Shown: piece after piece, positions 36,804 to 46,304 of the stretch
Numbering within the stretch: position 1 is the stretch's first letter
Layout: every line of letters begins with the position of its first letter
Source of the DNA: Candidatus Cloacimonadales bacterium
Lineage (GTDB): Bacteria > Cloacimonadota > Cloacimonadia > Cloacimonadales > DAONDQ01
Assembly: GCA_963662275.1 (NCBI GenBank)
Contig: OY759316.1
Coordinates: 4,064,001 to 4,128,000, forward strand
Direction of reading: 5' to 3'
Length of the DNA stretch: 64,000 nt
Notes under the pieces: model-generated
Seen by the model: only the letters and a program-made list of their open reading frames with translations
Databases searched by the model: none
Told to the model about the DNA's origin: nothing
Translations under genes and position numbers: made by a program

Positions 36804-37979
36804 ATGAATAAACATATATATTTAGATAACTGTATTACCACTCAACCTGCTCTTGAAGTCATAGAAGCTATGATGCCATATTTGAAAGGAAAGTTCTGGT
36901 TTCCAGGTTCGTTCATCAGTACAGGCGAAACAATCGCTGCTGACTTGGAGAAGTATCGTGAAATAGTAGCAAATTCATTGCATGCAAATCCTTCTGAAAT
37001 ACATTTCACTGGTGGCGGTACAATGGCAAACAACATTGCCATAAAAGGCTTATTAGAACAACATGCTGGAAAAGGAAAACACATTATCTGTTCCATTGTG
37101 GATTATCCGGATATTCTCACTAATGCTGCCTTCTTTGAAGACGCAGGCTTTGAAGTCACATATCTAAGTCCTAACCAGGAAGCCTTCATTGACTTGGATG
37201 AACTGAAAGCATCGATACGACACGATACTATCCTTTTCATGACTACTGCCGTGAATCATGTTGTGGGCACTATCCAACCTCTCAAGAAAATTGAACAGAT
37301 CCTGCGTTCTGCTGATCATCATATATTCTATCATGTAGATGGATGCCAGGGTTATGGTAAAATGTCATTGGATATGAAAGAACTGGATATCGATACTATG
37401 TCTATCAGCGCTCATAAGATTCATGGTGTACAGGGAGTAGGTGCCTTGTATTTGAAACAGGGTACAAAGATAGGACAGTATGTGCATGGCATCACCCGAT
37501 TTGATAGTCTCCAAACCGGTGGAATCAGCTTTGCGGGTATTGCCGGATTCGCTAAAGCCGTGGAATTGCAGTTTGCGGATTTACCGGCAAGCATTGCTTT
37601 CCTGCGTGAACTATCTAATTATCTGTTGGAAAGAATTCAAAAGAAGATACCTTATGTGGAAGTAAATGGACCGTTGGGTGAAGGACGTGCACCTCACAAT
37701 ATGAATGTCACGTTTGATTTCATTGAAGGAGAAGCCATCACAATGATGTTGGATATGCATGGTATCACTGTTGCAACCGGCAGCGCCTGTGCCTCTGAAG
37801 GTCTTAAGGCAAATTACGTTTTGATGGGAATTGGCAAGACACATATTCAATCACACGGTTCCATGAAATTCACCGTCGGACGTTACAACACTAAGCAAGA
37901 GATTGATTTTGCTGTGGAAAAGATAGCAGAAATAGTGAAGGAACTGCGTTCCAGAAGTCCACTATATCATGAGAATTAA
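36804..37979 (+). CDS. iscS: Cysteine desulfurase
   Basis: YLDN, HVDG, SAHKIHG (PLP Lys), TGSAC (catalytic Cys). Confidence 0.88.
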   Translation: MNKHIYLDNCITTQPALEVIEAMMPYLKGKFWFPGSFISTGETIAADLEKYREIVANSLHANPSEIHFTGGGTMANNIAIKGLLEQHAGKGKHIICSIVDYPDILTNAAFFEDAGFEVTYLSPNQEAFIDLDELKASIRHDTILFMTTAVNHVVGTIQPLKKIEQILRSADHHIFYHVDGCQGYGKMSLDMKELDIDTMSISAHKIHGVQGVGALYLKQGTKIGQYVHGITRFDSLQTGGISFAGIAGFAKAVELQFADLPASIAFLRELSNYLLERIQKKIPYVEVNGPLGEGRAPHNMNVTFDFIEGEAITMMLDMHGITVATGSACASEGLKANYVLMGIGKTHIQSHGSMKFTVGRYNTKQEIDFAVEKIAEIVKELRSRSPLYHEN

Positions 37980-38012
37980 ACAGGCTTAATGCCATTCATA
38001 TAGGAGAACATA

Positions 38013-38633
38013 ATGCAATACTCCCAGAAGGTCTTAGATCATTTTATGCACCCGCACAATGTAGGAAAGATTGAAAATCCTGATGCCATTGCCACAGAAG
38101 GAAGCCCTGCATGTGGTGACCAGGTTACCGTATATTTGAAAGTAAACCCGGACACACTTGTTATTGAAGAAGCCAAGTTCCAATCTTATGGTTGTGCTTC
38201 CAATATCGCAACTGCTTCCATTATTACTGACTTAGCTATTGGAAAGACCTTGGATGAAGCCAATAAAATTACCTGGCGAGACGCTATGGATGCTCTAGAT
38301 GGTCTTCCTCCTGTTAAAGTGCATTGTTCTGTCTTGGCAGCGGATACACTTCGTAAAGCAATTTCCAAGTATCAAATCGATAAAGGTTTAATAGAAGCGC
38401 CAAAGTTCAGTAAAGATACTATCGTGGAAGAACTTCGCAAGATCATCTATCCCAAAGTTGGAGAAGATATCGTGACCTTGAAGATGGTGAAATACGTCGG
38501 TATTGAAGATGGAACTGTGATTATTGATCTGCAGATACCCAGCTTCGATATGTATAAGGAAAATATCGCCGAGGAAATTCGTGAGCATTTAGCTGTCTTT
38601 CCTGAAATCAAGGATGTTAAAATCACAATGTAG
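38013..38633 (+). CDS. iscU: IscU/NifU-N scaffold fused to a DUF59/MIP18-like domain
   Basis: YSQKVLDHF, ACGD, GCAS, KVHCSVLA; C-terminal LRKIIYPKVGEDIVTL. Confidence 0.88.
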   Translation: MQYSQKVLDHFMHPHNVGKIENPDAIATEGSPACGDQVTVYLKVNPDTLVIEEAKFQSYGCASNIATASIITDLAIGKTLDEANKITWRDAMDALDGLPPVKVHCSVLAADTLRKAISKYQIDKGLIEAPKFSKDTIVEELRKIIYPKVGEDIVTLKMVKYVGIEDGTVIIDLQIPSFDMYKENIAEEIREHLAVFPEIKDVKITM

Positions 38634-38639
38634 ATTGAA

Positions 38640-38899
38640 GAAGGTTATAGGTTCTAGGTACTAGGTGTTAGCTCAGAAAAGAGAAGAGAAGAACTGGAAC
38701 CTGGCACCTAAAACCTAGTACCTTCTGCCATAGGAATTAGCACACTATCGCAAAATCAAAGATCGTTATAACGTAGAGTAGGATTCCGTTCCTGCTGAAT
38801 ATTCATCATCCAATTCGTGTTGTGGAGTAGGATTCCGATCCTACTGAACACGCATTTATTGATAATAACATCTTCAGTAGGATCGGAATCCTACTCCAC
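38640..38899. repeat. Heptamer inverted-repeat element (38640-38728) and three-REP cluster (38773-38899)
   Basis: aggttat aggttct aggtact aggtgtt ... acctggc acctaaa acctagt accttctgc; REPs at 38773(+), 38822(+) and 38876(-). Confidence 0.85.
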
Positions 38900-38903
38900 T
38901 TTA

Positions 38904-39953
38904 TTACTTCTTTATCATCAAATACACAAACAACGGACAGCCAATAAAGGCAGTGATGATCCCCACTGGTAATTCCAGCACAGTCAAGTGCATTGCCAGA
39001 AAATCACAAACCAATAGGAAGATCGCTCCACCCCAGACAGAAAGCGGAAATACCTTTCGCTGATCTGCTCCAAAGCGAAGTCTGACCATATGCGGCACTA
39101 TCAAACCAACGAATCCGATGATACCTGCATAAGCAACGGTAATACCTGTTAAGATCGAACTGATCAGGAATATATTACGTCGCAGGTCTTTTACATTCAC
39201 GCCAAGAGTCGTGGCTGCTAAATCACCAGAGGTAAGAACATTCAATTTATTTGCAGAAAGATGAAGAACAGATAACAAGATCACAGAAATGCAGAACATC
39301 CCAAGAAAGAAATACCATTCCTGGTTACTGAAAATATGCCCAAGATTTCCCATGAGTATATTTATAATGACTGATAAGTCCTGCTGATTCAGATACATCA
39401 ATAATGAAAGGCAGGCAGAAAAGAACATACCGGCAATGATTCCTGAGAGCAGAAGCTTCACTTTATCGAAATAACCACCTATATGAGCTATTGTCCAAAC
39501 AATGACCATGGTTAGCATCGCTCCACCGAAACCAAAGAGAGGCATTAGGACTGCCAGTCCTGTTACTGCAGCTATTGTTGATAAGAACGCTCCACCTGCA
39601 GATATCCCCAGGATATAAGGTTCAGCAAGCGGATTGTTCAGCATGGCCTGATATGTAGAGCCAACTCCTGCTAAAATCATGCCTGTGAGAAGTGTCAGCA
39701 TGAACCGGGGAAGACGAACCTTAACAAGTATCCAGTCTGAACTGATACCATAAGTCAGGTAAATATAGGCTATGGCAATACTGGCAATGCCTGCAAATAT
39801 CAAGAAAAGTCCATTATAACTCCTTTTGGAAGAGCTAGTATCACACAATCCAGCGTTGGCAACCACGATATATCCCCCCTTGGGAAGGGGGGTAGGGGGG
39901 TCTCTTCTTTCGAACTTCCCTTCGGGGTGGTGCTTCTTCGTATTTCTCTTCAT
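38904..39953 (-). CDS. btuC: Cobalamin/iron ABC transporter permease
   Basis: VRLPR, NPLAEPYILGIS, GIIGFVGLIVPH, ELPVG. Confidence 0.9.
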   Translation of the reverse strand: MKRNTKKHHPEGKFERRDPPTPLPKGGYIVVANAGLCDTSSSKRSYNGLFLIFAGIASIAIAYIYLTYGISSDWILVKVRLPRFMLTLLTGMILAGVGSTYQAMLNNPLAEPYILGISAGGAFLSTIAAVTGLAVLMPLFGFGGAMLTMVIVWTIAHIGGYFDKVKLLLSGIIAGMFFSACLSLLMYLNQQDLSVIINILMGNLGHIFSNQEWYFFLGMFCISVILLSVLHLSANKLNVLTSGDLAATTLGVNVKDLRRNIFLISSILTGITVAYAGIIGFVGLIVPHMVRLRFGADQRKVFPLSVWGGAIFLLVCDFLAMHLTVLELPVGIITAFIGCPLFVYLMIKK

Positions 39954-40798
39954 TACTTTGTACTTTTTATTTGTATTGGATAGAATATATTATGAAGCTG
40001 CTTGATACCTTCCATTACACGAGGTCCGGCGCGCAAAATCAAATCCGGATTAATATCTGCATCGAGGTAAATACGGTTGTTTTTAATGGCATCTATCTTT
40101 TCCCAACCACGACGATTCTTGATGTCTTTCACAGGTATTTCAGAAAAACTGATGATGATATTCGGATCACGGGTAATCACATCTTCTGCCTTCACACGAG
40201 CATAATCACGTTCCAGTAAAGGAAATATATTCCTACCCCCTGCAAGATCGATAACCTGTCCAACAAAGGATTGATCCGATACACTCATCAGAGGCTCATG
40301 ATAGATTTCCAAAAAGACACGTGGTCGCTGCAAATTAACACTTTCCTTCTGCAAAGATGCAATTTGCTGTTTCAAACTATCAGTAAATACCTTTGCCTTT
40401 TCTTCTGCACCAATCAGTTTACCGATATCATTCACCTTCGAAATCATTTCATTGATTGTCTTGGGATAATAAACATAGGTTTGGATAGAAAGCTTACTCA
40501 ATTCAGAAGAAAGTGAAGCCTGTTCCAGTCCGGATGTGAAGACAATCGTTGGTTTCAGGGCTAGGATCTTTTCCTTATCAATAGCTCCGAACTTCCCTAC
40601 TCGTGGTATTGATTTCAGAGAGGAAGGATAGGTGCATTCATCAGTCACTCCAACAATCTGGTTCGTTCCTGCAATATAGGCAACGATTTCAGCCACTTCC
40701 GGCGAAGTGATGACGTAACGAGGTTGTAATGAAGTCTTACGTGGAGAACAGGAACATACTAAAATAGTCATGATTAGAAGCATCAAAATTTCTTTCAT
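39953..40798 (-). CDS. btuF: Cobalamin-binding lipoprotein
   Basis: Lipoprotein-like signal ending in Cys, IVGVTDECTYP, EKILALKP, AGGRNIF, RAGPR; first gene after the riboswitch. Confidence 0.88.
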   Translation of the reverse strand: MKEILMLLIMTILVCSCSPRKTSLQPRYVITSPEVAEIVAYIAGTNQIVGVTDECTYPSSLKSIPRVGKFGAIDKEKILALKPTIVFTSGLEQASLSSELSKLSIQTYVYYPKTINEMISKVNDIGKLIGAEEKAKVFTDSLKQQIASLQKESVNLQRPRVFLEIYHEPLMSVSDQSFVGQVIDLAGGRNIFPLLERDYARVKAEDVITRDPNIIISFSEIPVKDIKNRRGWEKIDAIKNNRIYLDADINPDLILRAGPRVMEGIKQLHNIFYPIQIKSTK

Positions 40799-40884
40799 CG
40801 TATCTCCTTTTCCTGGTGTGTGACCTGTGGTGGAAAAAGAGACCGAGTGTAAGGCTGGAAATCTTACTCCGAGATTCCATGACT

Positions 40885-41045
40885 TTGACCTAATGGCAGG
40901 TTTCCTGGCTCACAGCCGGAATTTCATCATGCCTTCCCATCCCTTCTGAGGACAGTGACATGATTCCGATTTATGCTGTTTACAGTGGCGGAGACCGCTC
41001 CCGAATGTAACGGGATTCCCTTTTATATAACCACCAGATCACACA
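40885..41045 (-). ncRNA. Cobalamin riboswitch
   Basis: Minus strand: AAAAGGGAATCCCG..CGGGAGCGG..CGCCACTGTAA..CACTG..TGGGAAGG..AGCCAGGAAACCTGCC (B12 box), upstream of btuF. Confidence 0.92.
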
Positions 41046-41129
41046 ATAACCATAATTATGAGGTTGGAAGAAAAGTCAAGGAAAGAAGCTTGTAGCTGGT
41101 ATAGGAATTAGAATTTCCACTTCAAAGCC

Positions 41130-41292
41130 ACTTTCAACCCTCATATATTAGAACCACACCACCACCGCAACACTACCGCAGGACCACCGCAGCAGAACCG
41201 CTCCTATAAGCGGTCGTGTTTTGGTTATGTTGCTGTTGTGGGTGGGTTGTTTTTGACTGGTATTCTAAGTGGGTTATTTGTTGGTTGAAGGA
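41130..41292. repeat. Palindromic element of 11-bp units (ACCACCGCAGC-type)
   Basis: accaccgcaac actaccgcagg accaccgcagc agaaccgctcc, then G/T-rich inverted units; outer TTCAACC..GGTTGAA. Confidence 0.65.
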
Positions 41293-41448
41293 GATACCAG
41301 AGATTAGAGATTAGAGGCTAGAGACTAGAAAAGAATCAAACTCTCCGACCTAAAGGTCACCTCTCTTTATCCAAAGAGAGGAATGAAAAAGACCCGTATC
41401 CAGTCTGTTTTTCCTCCTTATATCCACGTCTAATAAATGTTATACAGT

Positions 41449-42027
41449 TTATTGAGAATAATATTCTACAACATCCTTTTCAATACAATCAGGAACGAGT
41501 CCGGTGATGGGTTTTCCTTCTTTGATAAATTGGCGGATCATGGTTGAGGAGATAGGGATTGGCGAAATAGTGACATATATGATCCGGGAAGCGTATTCCA
41601 CTTTTTGAATTTCCTCAAGATCAGTATCGGAGCGATTGACAGCTACAAGATTGACATTCTCGAGAAGCCATTCCCAGTTATGCCATTTTGGAAGTTGAGG
41701 TACATTGTCAGCACCGATAATAAAATAGAATTGATAATCCGGATATTCCACCTGGAGTTTCTGCATCAGTTCATTCGTATAGCAGGGAGTATCAGAGTTC
41801 AAATCAGCGAGGGATAATTCGAAATCAGGCAGATGTTCAATCGCTTTTTTGATCAGATTGACCCGCTGATCGGTATCCAAGAGATCATCATGCGATTTCA
41901 AAGGATGTTTTCCCGTCGGTATGATCCATATTTTATCTAATTCAAGCACTTTCATCACTGTTGAACATATCCGGATATGTCCGTTATGAATGGGATTGAA
42001 GCTCCCGCCTAATATACCGATACGCAT
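41449..42027 (-). CDS. nadD: Nicotinate-nucleotide adenylyltransferase
   Basis: GGSFNPIHNGH, FIIGAD, ISSTMIR. Confidence 0.95.
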   Translation of the reverse strand: MRIGILGGSFNPIHNGHIRICSTVMKVLELDKIWIIPTGKHPLKSHDDLLDTDQRVNLIKKAIEHLPDFELSLADLNSDTPCYTNELMQKLQVEYPDYQFYFIIGADNVPQLPKWHNWEWLLENVNLVAVNRSDTDLEEIQKVEYASRIIYVTISPIPISSTMIRQFIKEGKPITGLVPDCIEKDVVEYYSQ

Positions 42028-42824
42028 TAGTCTAAATGTCTTTTTTGAATTAATTTGTGTTTGATCTTGAATGCTTCTTTCGAAGCGGGAAAGTTCTTCG
42101 TTAAAGAATTATAGATTTGGTTCGCCATAATCCAGTTCTTTTGAGCAATATAAATCTTGGAACTGTAGTAAAGAGACATCCTTTCCAGGTGATCCTTATT
42201 TCCCAATGGTATAATTTCATTAAAATAGAGTAATGCTGCGCTGTAATCAGACATCTTATAGTAGATATAACCATTGTTGTATTCTTTCTCTAAAAGCTTA
42301 TATTGCGCTTTTTGGAGGTTTTCTACTGCCTCGGCATGCTTTGCATCACTGGGGAATTTATCGATGAAAATCTGAAACGCATCGATTGCTTTTTGAGTAT
42401 CTTCCTGGGTATACTGCGGTTTAGGAGACATTTCCAAGTAACAAATACCGATCTGGTAATAGGCAATATTAATCTGCGGATAATCAGGGAACAGCTTAAG
42501 CATTTGCTCATATTCTACTTCCGCTTCGGTGAATTTATTCAGGTTATAATAAGATTGAGCCAATTTCATTTGTGCCTCAGCAGCGATGGAAGAATTTCTT
42601 TCAAAAACAATTTGTTGATAGAGTGGATAAGCTTTGGCGTATTTTTTAGCTGCGAAATAGGCATCTGCTTTTTGCATCGTCACTTCAGGTGATACTGTGG
42701 TAGTATTTTTCGTTTTTTTCTTGTGTTGCTTATGTTCAGTCTGGCTTGGTGCAGCTTGTGTTGTATTCTGACTGTAGGCGGAAATCGCCATCAGTAGAAA
42801 AATCACTGGGATAAATTTTCTCAT
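42027..42824 (-). CDS. bamD: Outer membrane protein assembly factor BamD
   Basis: TPR helices, YTQEDTQKAIDAFQIFIDKFP, YYKMSDYSAA. Confidence 0.8.
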   Translation of the reverse strand: MRKFIPVIFLLMAISAYSQNTTQAAPSQTEHKQHKKKTKNTTTVSPEVTMQKADAYFAAKKYAKAYPLYQQIVFERNSSIAAEAQMKLAQSYYNLNKFTEAEVEYEQMLKLFPDYPQINIAYYQIGICYLEMSPKPQYTQEDTQKAIDAFQIFIDKFPSDAKHAEAVENLQKAQYKLLEKEYNNGYIYYKMSDYSAALLYFNEIIPLGNKDHLERMSLYYSSKIYIAQKNWIMANQIYNSLTKNFPASKEAFKIKHKLIQKRHLD

Positions 42825-42838
42825 TTTATCTCCTTAAA

Positions 42839-43351
42839 CTATTTCGTTGTCCAGATGATGTACACCAGACTACCGATAATAGCAAACAACATAACAGGAT
42901 CGTACCATTTCATCTTACCTGTATAACCCTCAGATAAAAGATATGGTTTGCCGTACATTTCATAATGGGCGAAAGTAAGTATCTTTTTATTGGAATCAAG
43001 CAATTGCAGAAGATATCTTAATTGCGATATCTGATATCTTTTATATCCCCAGAATTTCTTGACTTCAATGAGTTCCTCAGATTGATCAAGTTTGACCTGC
43101 AAAATATTAGATGTAGCATCGGCTTCATCAGTAAGCTGATAGCCTTTTGCCAGCATTGTCTGTTTCAGCAGAATGAGGATATCCGCAGATTTATCTCCCG
43201 CCTGGACATCCAGGAATATTGGTTTCTCATATGATTGGCGTAAGGCAAAGCCAGTAAACAGGGTATCCGGTACTATACTTTGAGTACGATGCTCTTGCGC
43301 ACATAATCCGATAACCAGAAAATAGAAGAGAATAATGAAACTGAATTTCAT
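42839..43351 (-). CDS. Hypothetical protein (signal peptide, C-terminal TM)
   Basis: Hydrophobic termini; co-oriented, 14 bp upstream of bamD. Confidence 0.7.
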   Translation of the reverse strand: MKFSFIILFYFLVIGLCAQEHRTQSIVPDTLFTGFALRQSYEKPIFLDVQAGDKSADILILLKQTMLAKGYQLTDEADATSNILQVKLDQSEELIEVKKFWGYKRYQISQLRYLLQLLDSNKKILTFAHYEMYGKPYLLSEGYTGKMKWYDPVMLFAIIGSLVYIIWTTK

Positions 43352-43390
43352 TGAATTATTCTTTCCTTTATTTTAAATATTTGAGAAGAA

Positions 43391-43420
43391 TCTTGCCCTG
43401 TTTAATCAAACAGGGCAGGA
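43391..43420. terminator. Stem-loop downstream of the aminopeptidase
   Basis: TGCCCTGTTT-aatc-AAACAGGGCA; weak U-tract. Confidence 0.45.
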
Positions 43421-43485
43421 ACTTCATCAATTTAATTTATTTTCCATGATACAGATTCTTCAATCAAAATCATATAAGATTATTA

Positions 43486-44904
43486 TCAGCCATTACGCAA
43501 AAATGCCAAATAAGCTTTATATGTTGAATAAATATCCGCTTTACTGGTCAATTCATATAAGGAATGCATACCTAATATTCCAGTACCAACATCGATCACT
43601 TCAGCACCATATTCAGCAAGGTACTTAGCAATAGTACCTCCGCCACCTTCATCCACTTTCCCCAGTTCTCCAATCTGCCATGATATATTCGCTTCTTCAA
43701 AGATATGCATTACTTTTGCGGTGAATTCTGCATTGGCATCATTGGCTCCAACTTTACCACCAGAACCGGTATACTTAGTAATCGCTACCCCATATCCGAT
43801 AAGAGCTGCGTTTTGTTTTTCGTGTACGTTAGGATAATTCGGATCGAGTGCAGCAGCAACATCACTAGAAAGAATTTGAGATTTCATCAGGCATTTACGT
43901 AAAGTATAGCTGTCAAATGCTTCACCATTTTGCTTTAGAAGATCACCAACAAAGTCCAGCATGAAAATTGAGTTTGCACTTGTATTTCCTTCGCTGCCAA
44001 TTTCTTCCTTATCGATGAATAGAATCATCTGTGTTTTCTCAGTTTTTTCTTTTGAACTCAGAAGATCAAGGAGAGCCTTTAAAGAAGTGTAGGCACAAAC
44101 ACGATCATCTTGTCCATACCCCATAATCATGCTTTTATCCATTCCGGCATCTCGAGCCTTACCCGCTGGAACAATTTCCAATTCAGCAGATAAGAAATCA
44201 GCTTCCCTGGTGCCATATTTTTCATTAATCATTTTCAAAGCATGATATTTTACTTTTTCCTTCTGTTCTTGATTAGAATCCGGAATAGAGGAAAATATCA
44301 AGTTCATTTTCCCAGCTTCTATAGCATCAGGCAATAATTTGCCATATTGTTCCTTTTTTGCTAAATGCGGAAGTAAATCCGGCATCAGAAAAACGGGATC
44401 ATTTTCATCTTCACCAATAGAAATGGATAATTCTGTACCGTCTTTTTTGATAATCATCCCATGAATAGCCAGGGGTGTGGAGAGCCATTGATATTTCTTG
44501 ATTCCACCATAATAATGAGTTTTCATCATCGCTAACTGCGTATTTCCATCTTCGTATAAAGGATTTGGTTTAATATCAATACGGGGAGCATCAATATGGG
44601 AAGCAACAATATTCAAGCCTTCGCTGATCGGTTTTGTACCCAGCACAGCAAACGCCATCGATTTTCCCTTATAAGTCCGATATACTTTCAGAGACTTCTT
44701 TTTAGAGAGAAGATCTGTAAATCCTTCGTTTTCCAATATTTTTTTCGTCCAGGTAACAGCTTCGCGTTCCGTTTTGCAGTTATCTAAAAAAATCTTATAC
44801 TCTTCTGCAAATTTGAAAGCATCTTTTTTCTCCTGGGTAGTAGCTGTTTCCCAGAAACTCTTGCGTTCATAAAGAAGATCGAACTTCTTCTTGTTTTCAT
44901 TCAT
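43486..44904 (-). CDS. M18 family aminopeptidase
   Basis: SHIDAPR, YYGGIKKYQW, QDDRVC, DKEEIGS, GGGGTIA, GMHS. Confidence 0.92.
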   Translation of the reverse strand: MNENKKKFDLLYERKSFWETATTQEKKDAFKFAEEYKIFLDNCKTEREAVTWTKKILENEGFTDLLSKKKSLKVYRTYKGKSMAFAVLGTKPISEGLNIVASHIDAPRIDIKPNPLYEDGNTQLAMMKTHYYGGIKKYQWLSTPLAIHGMIIKKDGTELSISIGEDENDPVFLMPDLLPHLAKKEQYGKLLPDAIEAGKMNLIFSSIPDSNQEQKEKVKYHALKMINEKYGTREADFLSAELEIVPAGKARDAGMDKSMIMGYGQDDRVCAYTSLKALLDLLSSKEKTEKTQMILFIDKEEIGSEGNTSANSIFMLDFVGDLLKQNGEAFDSYTLRKCLMKSQILSSDVAAALDPNYPNVHEKQNAALIGYGVAITKYTGSGGKVGANDANAEFTAKVMHIFEEANISWQIGELGKVDEGGGGTIAKYLAEYGAEVIDVGTGILGMHSLYELTSKADIYSTYKAYLAFLRNG

Positions 44905-44952
44905 TCTAACTCCTCAGGACTAAGCAGAAGAACTCTGCCGCCTTTTTATTTT

Positions 44953-45432
44953 TTATTTTAATTCTAATATTTCAAATACTCTCTCTCCCATGGGAGCCTT
45001 CACAATGACCTTATCGCCTGGTTTTTTCCCGATCATGGAGGAACCAATTGGAGAAGCAATGGACACCTGCTCCGCATTTTCATCTGGGAAATTCACTTCA
45101 TCAATTCCCACAAGATGATAGACTACAACCAGGTTTGTATCCATCTCATTTACGGTAATGTAAGCCCCAAAACGAACACAGTCTTTCGGAATAGAACTGG
45201 GATCGATAACCTTCAGCTTCGTACTTCTTGTTTTCAGATGATCAAGCTCTTTGTCAAGATGTCTCTGCATTTCTTTAGCTGCCTTATATTCGGCGTTTTC
45301 GCTAAGATCACCTTGGGCACGAGCAATCGCTACCCGTTTGATAATTTCCGGTCGTTCCACTTCAGACAATTGACGGATACGCTTCTGTAATTTATCCATC
45401 CCTTCTTTCGTGATATAATCAAGATTACTCAT
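44953..45432 (-). CDS. greA: Transcription elongation factor GreA
   Basis: ITKEG, GDLSENAEY, SPIG. Confidence 0.93.
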   Translation of the reverse strand: MSNLDYITKEGMDKLQKRIRQLSEVERPEIIKRVAIARAQGDLSENAEYKAAKEMQRHLDKELDHLKTRSTKLKVIDPSSIPKDCVRFGAYITVNEMDTNLVVVYHLVGIDEVNFPDENAEQVSIASPIGSSMIGKKPGDKVIVKAPMGERVFEILELK

Positions 45433-45439
45433 ACTAAAC

Positions 45440-46246
45440 CTATTTCTTCCGGCGTACAGCTTTTAAGCCGACAAGAGCTGCTTTCTTCAGCTTGGCATTT
45501 CCGCTATGAGTCCAGTTCTCGATGATCGTTTCCATTTCAGGGGTGTAGCACATAATGGAATTGCAGAGAATTTCAACGGTATAAGGATCTCGAGAACTAC
45601 GATATTTAGAAAATATCTCCTGGTATATTGAAGCGTCTATAGGATATAGTGATTTTAAGAAATATATATTGGCTTTCGTCATACCCTGCGTTGCATTCAG
45701 CCATGAATTTTCCATTTTATGAAAAACCGTTTGAATCTGTTTAGGGTCTAGTTTACACAATTTACTTAATAATTTTGCGGCATTCAGTTGGATATGTTCA
45801 TTCTCTGAATAGAGCCATTTATAAATGAGTTGCAGATTTGCTGAATAGTTCTTTTTGATTATCGGTAAAAATGCCTTATCCAACAATAATGCTACTTCTG
45901 GTTCTTCAGGAGTGGCATACATCACTTTTTCGATTAATTGTGTAAATACTTCCGGTTTTTTTGTGATGAGTTTTGCAATGATAATTACAAATGCAAGACG
46001 CCCATTTTCACCTTTCTCTTTCCACAGAGAGAGATAAAAGTCCATATGATTTTCAGAAACTTTTACAAGCAGATCCGCCATTTTCTTGGCTACAAGAATC
46101 ACAACTTCTTTAGGAACATGCGTCCCTGTTCTCTGTGGATAGGCATTATAAATAATTTCAAAAGAATAATCGCGTTTAGGTAATTTGGATCGAATAAAAT
46201 CTTCAGTGTCTTTTACCAATCTCTCCTTCCAATCCAAGGATATCAT
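45440..46246 (-). CDS. HEAT-repeat / DNA alkylation repair-like protein
   Basis: Helical pattern with WLYSENE and WTHSGN motifs; family assignment tentative. Confidence 0.55.
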   Translation of the reverse strand: MISLDWKERLVKDTEDFIRSKLPKRDYSFEIIYNAYPQRTGTHVPKEVVILVAKKMADLLVKVSENHMDFYLSLWKEKGENGRLAFVIIIAKLITKKPEVFTQLIEKVMYATPEEPEVALLLDKAFLPIIKKNYSANLQLIYKWLYSENEHIQLNAAKLLSKLCKLDPKQIQTVFHKMENSWLNATQGMTKANIYFLKSLYPIDASIYQEIFSKYRSSRDPYTVEILCNSIMCYTPEMETIIENWTHSGNAKLKKAALVGLKAVRRKK

Positions 46247-46304
46247 TTTTTAGCTCCTTTCTTTATTCATTCCATTATTGAATTTCCAAGTAGGTTTCAT
46301 TCAC

